Positions 58,683-62,200 of a stretch of 62,200 bases of DNA are shown here, piece after piece. Source of the DNA: a virus (lineage: Duplodnaviria; Caudoviricetes). The notes beneath the pieces were generated by a model that was not told the DNA's origin, did no database searches, and saw nothing but the letters and a program-made list of their open reading frames with translations. The number at the start of each line of letters is the position of its first letter. The stretch's first letter is position 1. The stretch is from positions 1-62,200 of IMG/VR virus record IMGVR_UViG_3300028189_000014; one strand, written 5' to 3'. The position numbers and the translations under genes were made by a program.

Positions 58683-59411
58683 ATGACTACTGAGCTTACT
58701 ATAGATACCAAGTTAAAAAAACAAATGGCGGCCATACCCGACGAACTAAAGAACGAAATGGATCAACGGGTTATAATCGAGAAACCCAAATGGCGTTCCA
58801 TCAGCAGAATGAACGATATGTTCAACTTATCTGATGCAGGGCCTAATGACCAACCGCTACCCTTGCTAAACATGATCATCTTAGCCTATGCATATAAAAA
58901 TGAATATTATGAAAAAGAATGGAGTATGTCCGGACAGAACGAACCGCCAACATGTTGGGCAGTAAATCCAGATAAGAGAAACTTAACTGTTACTACATCC
59001 GAAAAAGCAGCTAGCCCTAAGATAGAACCCGAAGAAAAATGCGATACCTGTGACCACGACGTATGGGGGTCAGGCAGAGGGGGTAAAGGGAAACGTTGCA
59101 CAAACGCCATTCAACTAGCTGTAATGCCTGTAAACTTCGAAGAAGGCGACGTGCCTTATAGTTTTAAAATAGTTAGAGCGTCTATCGCTCCATTTGAGAA
59201 CCACATGAAAAGGCTAAAAGAGAATGGATTACATTACTTACAAACCCAAACGCAATTTAGCTTTCAAGGCAAAGTAGTACACGCTAACTTACATCCCGTC
59301 ACTCCTGCTGTAAGTCCCGAACTTCTTGCGGCGTTGATGCCCTTACGTGAAAAAGCCAAAGAAATAGTAATGAAAGAGCCCCACATACCCTCTGACGAAG
59401 TTCCGTTCTAA
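58683..59411 (+). CDS. Putative ssDNA-binding protein
   Basis: YYEKEW, PPTCWA, CDTC...WGS...GKRC; acidic DEVPF C-terminus typical of SSBs. Confidence 0.6.
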   Translation: MTTELTIDTKLKKQMAAIPDELKNEMDQRVIIEKPKWRSISRMNDMFNLSDAGPNDQPLPLLNMIILAYAYKNEYYEKEWSMSGQNEPPTCWAVNPDKRNLTVTTSEKAASPKIEPEEKCDTCDHDVWGSGRGGKGKRCTNAIQLAVMPVNFEEGDVPYSFKIVRASIAPFENHMKRLKENGLHYLQTQTQFSFQGKVVHANLHPVTPAVSPELLAALMPLREKAKEIVMKEPHIPSDEVPF

Positions 59412-59425
59412 CCACCCACCTCTTA

Positions 59426-59450
59426 GCCCGCCTCGTGCGGGCATTTTTTT
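59426..59450 (+). terminator. Intrinsic terminator
   Basis: GCCCGC-CTCGT-GCGGGC-A followed by T7. Confidence 0.8.
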
Positions 59451-59463
59451 GGAAGGAGAAAAA

Positions 59464-59736
59464 ATGAAAACATATACGGTAGAAGAATTAACGGATTTGC
59501 TAGATAAGCACGGCATTGAGTACTGTGATGTTCATGATAGCGATCCAAACTATTTCCGAGTCGAATTTGATAAGGACAAACAGATAGTAAGACCAGTCTT
59601 TTTTGATAAACAAGATCTTATCGCTATTGGTCAGGCCGAAAAATTACTGAACGAGACCGGGAGATTCGGCATTCTCGAACACATTAGACTCTTAACTGAT
59701 TCTGTATTTGATCATGAAAAACAGGAATGGAGGTGA
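59464..59736 (+). CDS. Hypothetical protein preceding the repeat-linked array
   Basis: AAGGAG RBS before ATG 59464. Confidence 0.55.
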   Translation: MKTYTVEELTDLLDKHGIEYCDVHDSDPNYFRVEFDKDKQIVRPVFFDKQDLIAIGQAEKLLNETGRFGILEHIRLLTDSVFDHEKQEWR

Positions 59737-59739
59737 GCG

Positions 59740-59991
59740 ATGACAACTTATAGTGACCTATGCGACTCAGTAGCTGAGAGAGTTGTAGAAGACATGGATA
59801 TGAAAACTCTGTGTTGCTACGCCTACGAAACCCTGTTCAATATCTACCAAGAATCCCCAAAACTAATGCTGGATTTAGTTAACGACCTTGAGATGTGGGA
59901 GGGGGAAGATGGGTGTCCTGAATATCTACAGATCATCAAGGACAAAATAGCTGAGGGAGAAGCATGGAAGGAGGAGGTGAGCGATGAGTGA
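59740..59991 (+). CDS. Array gene 1, small acidic protein
   Basis: Starts in junction; ends EEVSDE. Confidence 0.7.
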   Translation: MTTYSDLCDSVAERVVEDMDMKTLCCYAYETLFNIYQESPKLMLDLVNDLEMWEGEDGCPEYLQIIKDKIAEGEAWKEEVSDE

Positions 59992-60175
59992 GTTCATGCT
60001 ACTAACCCCTAAGTTTATTGTTACTAAAGATGGATATTGGGGACGAGACTTATTGAATTCGCTTACCGAATTCTGTGAAGATCATTACAAACAATTTAAT
60101 TGTTACCCAATGGAATATGAGTATGAGGGGGTCGTGTACCCTTACGATGATTTTAAAGATCTTATAGGGAGGTGA
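59984..60175 (+). CDS. Array gene 2
   Basis: Starts in junction. Confidence 0.7.
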   Translation: MSEFMLLTPKFIVTKDGYWGRDLLNSLTEFCEDHYKQFNCYPMEYEYEGVVYPYDDFKDLIGR

Positions 60176-60178
60176 GCG

Positions 60179-60415
60179 ATGAGCGATCATGATGTAGACC
60201 CTTATGATGCTAGGGATAGACTGATCCAATATCATGTTGATCATGTGATGAGTCTGGGTGAGTTGAGAATGTATGTAGTGGAGGATTTATTTTCCACCAT
60301 CAAGAACTGTCCCGATACGATGGAGCATTTACTTGATCGCACAGGTATATCGCCTGAAGATCAAGCGTGTATTCGGAAATATTATGAGTTAGAGGAGGTG
60401 AGCGATGAAGTATAA
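60179..60415 (+). CDS. Array gene 3 (weakly similar to gene 1)
   Basis: Starts in junction; ends EEVSDEV. Confidence 0.7.
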   Translation: MSDHDVDPYDARDRLIQYHVDHVMSLGELRMYVVEDLFSTIKNCPDTMEHLLDRTGISPEDQACIRKYYELEEVSDEV

Positions 60416-60593
60416 AGTGCATTGGACGAAAAGATACTTTGCCGCAGGGAGTGTAATAGTGGAAGCAGACAGCGAGGACCACGCTCATCGTATTGTACAC
60501 CCCAAACTTTTTACTCTCGAAGGGAATATGTACCACGATCCTAACGGAGATGAAATTGGGGCAGTAGAGGAGGTGAGCGATGAGCCAATCTGA
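60405..60593 (+). CDS. Array gene 4
   Basis: KYKV...IVEADSEDHA. Confidence 0.7.
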   Translation: MKYKVHWTKRYFAAGSVIVEADSEDHAHRIVHPKLFTLEGNMYHDPNGDEIGAVEEVSDEPI

Positions 60594-60864
60594 TTGGGAC
60601 CACATAGAGTCCTACAAACAAGCCTTTATTGATGGGCAAGCTATTGCTGACATTTGGTCAGCTGTTGATGTACGGGAGATGTTCAATAATTTAATGGACA
60701 TGGATAAGCCACCCAAGTATTTGCTAGGGAAGGAACTTACTGACGAAGATATTCAGGAAATCCTATATATGGTGCAAGCTAGATTTGATGCTGAGCAAGG
60801 CATCAACTGGTTTCAAATTGAACACTATCTTAGTGAACATTTTGAGGAGGTGAGCGATGAGTAA
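60580..60864 (+). CDS. Array gene 5 (MSxxDW family)
   Basis: MSQSDWDHI...IADIWSAVDV. Confidence 0.7.
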   Translation: MSQSDWDHIESYKQAFIDGQAIADIWSAVDVREMFNNLMDMDKPPKYLLGKELTDEDIQEILYMVQARFDAEQGINWFQIEHYLSEHFEEVSDE

Positions 60865-61054
60865 ATATTACAGAGTCACCCGCCAATATATGACTTATGA
60901 CTGGGAAATTGTAAGTGCAGATACCGAAGAGGAAGCCCTAGATAAATATGAAACTGGTGATTACCTAGAAGATGGATGGAATGCGGATCAAGGTACTTTC
61001 AACGTAGAAAAAGTCCCATGTGAACCCGAATGGAAGGAGGTGAGTGATGAGTGA
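60857..61054 (+). CDS. Array gene 6
   Basis: KYYRV...IVSADTEEEA. Confidence 0.7.
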   Translation: MSKYYRVTRQYMTYDWEIVSADTEEEALDKYETGDYLEDGWNADQGTFNVEKVPCEPEWKEVSDE

Positions 61055-61298
61055 CAAAGTAACACATGAAAGCGGAACGGTTCTAGTTGAGTTTGAGAAG
61101 CCTTGTTCTTTCTCAGTAGAGTGGGATGACTGGCGTATGCCACCTAATGGCGACTTCATTATTGAAGACGCTATTAAAGCCTCTGGTAAAAAGGAGAGCG
61201 ACTTTGAATATGCCGTGCTACTCGTAACTAAGGTGGAGTTAGTGCCGAGAAATTATATTGAAGGATTAGATGGTCAACTGGAGGTGAGCGATGAATAA
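61047..61298 (+). CDS. Array gene 7
   Basis: ATG 61047 in junction; ends EVSDE. Confidence 0.7.
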   Translation: MSDKVTHESGTVLVEFEKPCSFSVEWDDWRMPPNGDFIIEDAIKASGKKESDFEYAVLLVTKVELVPRNYIEGLDGQLEVSDE

Positions 61299-61464
61299 AT
61301 ACGAAGTATTGCAGGGCTACTCAATGGTAGAAGTGCATATAGTTCCTGCAGAGAATGAAGAACAAGCTAAAGAACTTGCTATGACGGGGGAATATTTCCA
61401 CAAAACCTACGATGGCGACTATGACGACGAGTTAACTGTTACCCAAATAGAAGAGGAAAAGTAA
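61291..61464 (+). CDS. Array gene 8 (57 aa, not in ORF track)
   Basis: MNKYEVLQGYSMVEVHIVPAENEEQAKELA... Confidence 0.65.
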   Translation: MNKYEVLQGYSMVEVHIVPAENEEQAKELAMTGEYFHKTYDGDYDDELTVTQIEEEK

Positions 61465-61640
61465 TGCTCAACTGGCTGAACAAATGGATCCGCCCTACCG
61501 AAGAACCCCGCCGTGCAGATAACGTCTGCCACTGTGGGAATCCTATGCTACGGTTATATTCTAAGAATATCTACCGGTGCTATCAATGTGACCGAGACTA
61601 TAAGATCTCGGATGGACTAGAAATCAGACATCAAAGGTAA
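61464..61640 (+). CDS. Small zinc-ribbon protein (58 aa)
   Basis: TAATG overlap; CHC...CYQC. Confidence 0.5.
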   Translation: MLNWLNKWIRPTEEPRRADNVCHCGNPMLRLYSKNIYRCYQCDRDYKISDGLEIRHQR

Positions 61641-61643
61641 CTC

Positions 61644-62051
61644 ATGGACGAGCACGGATTTATCCGTTCAGTACACAGGCATCTACCCAGAAAAGGGCTG
61701 ACTGTCTGGAAGATAAACGATAACTATCGTGGTGGAGTGCCCGATGCTTATTATTCAGGTCCGAAAGCTGACATATGGATTGAATATAAGTATCTAAAAC
61801 AAATTCCTAAACGAGCAGGAACGATCATTAAACCTTCTTTACGCCCACAACAATTAAAGTGGCTAGCCAAAGAACATAGCTTTGGTCGCCAAGTTTATTG
61901 TATAGTGGGGAGCAAAGAAGGCGGATGTATTTTTAAATACCCAGAGTGGATTGAAGGTATATCTACCGAAGCGTTTAATACTAACATCATTAAACAGAAT
62001 GAACTAGCTGTATGGATATGCAGTTTAACAACTAAAGGTCAACCACCATGA
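61644..62051 (+). CDS. VRR-NUC / resolvase-like PD-(D/E)xK nuclease
   Basis: E..F, GVPDAY, WIEYK, LRPQQLKWL. Confidence 0.85.
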   Translation: MDEHGFIRSVHRHLPRKGLTVWKINDNYRGGVPDAYYSGPKADIWIEYKYLKQIPKRAGTIIKPSLRPQQLKWLAKEHSFGRQVYCIVGSKEGGCIFKYPEWIEGISTEAFNTNIIKQNELAVWICSLTTKGQPP

Positions 62052-62200
62052 CACAACGTATTATCACTGACGCAGACAAGGACGCTGCGAAAAGACTCCG
62101 AGCCATATGGGAGTCAAAAAAACAGGAGCTTAAATTAACACAAGTAACAGTAGCTGACGAAATAGGCACAAGTCAGAGTGCAATTAGTCAGTACCTAAAC
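62048..62200 (+). CDS. cI: CI-like repressor, N-terminal HTH part (continues across the junction into 1-604)
   Basis: ATG 62048 (ATGA overlap with upstream gene): MTQRIITDADKDAAKRLRAIWESKKQELKLTQVTVADEIGTSQSAISQYLN, resembling the lambda CI N-domain. Confidence 0.85.
   Translation, partial: MTQRIITDADKDAAKRLRAIWESKKQELKLTQVTVADEIGTSQSAISQYLN
62071..62200. repeat. Terminal direct repeat, copy 2
   Basis: Matches 1-130 with one mismatch; unit genome is 62070 bp. Confidence 0.95.

Larger units (their letters stand above)
59729..61293 (+). repeat. Eight copies of junction GGAGGTGAG(C/T)GATG linking small genes
   Basis: Copies at 59729, 59973, 60168, 60394, 60569, 60846, 61036, 61280. Confidence 0.9.

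Noticed and set aside
59729-61293. CRISPR array or integron attC array
   Set aside because: Repeats are 14 bp and non-palindromic, spacers are about 160-265 bp coding genes of variable length, and there is no cas operon or attC-type structure

Overview
The window is an apparently complete, circularly permuted ~62.07-kb tailed dsDNA phage genome; bases 1-130 recur at 62071-62200. It looks temperate: it has a tyrosine integrase, an Xis-like HTH, an intact attP carrying the 3' part of a tRNA-His(GUG) with arm-type and IHF sites, a lambda-CI-like repressor, and a Leu762-type PolA. The minus-strand arm (38814 to 2606) encodes terminase, portal, scaffold, major capsid, ejection proteins including a 2331-aa giant, many tail/fibre proteins and a lysis region with a class-3 lipase. 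The plus-strand arm (39028 to 62070, then 1-2384) encodes early micro-proteins, a probable origin, a Nudix enzyme, a compact (~556 aa) single-subunit RNA polymerase, an AAA/vWA-peptidase module, replication genes, the repressor and the integrase. Most notable: (1) a minimal T7/N4-type RNAP in an integrating phage, flanked by hairpins whose template strand has a GNA triloop; (2) about 12 copies of a 17-bp quasi-palindromic operator spread over both arms instead of a lambda-type immunity switch; (3) eight small genes joined by a near-identical 14-bp junction; (4) a multi-hairpin leader before the capsid gene. All product calls come from reading motifs by eye; no database searches were run.
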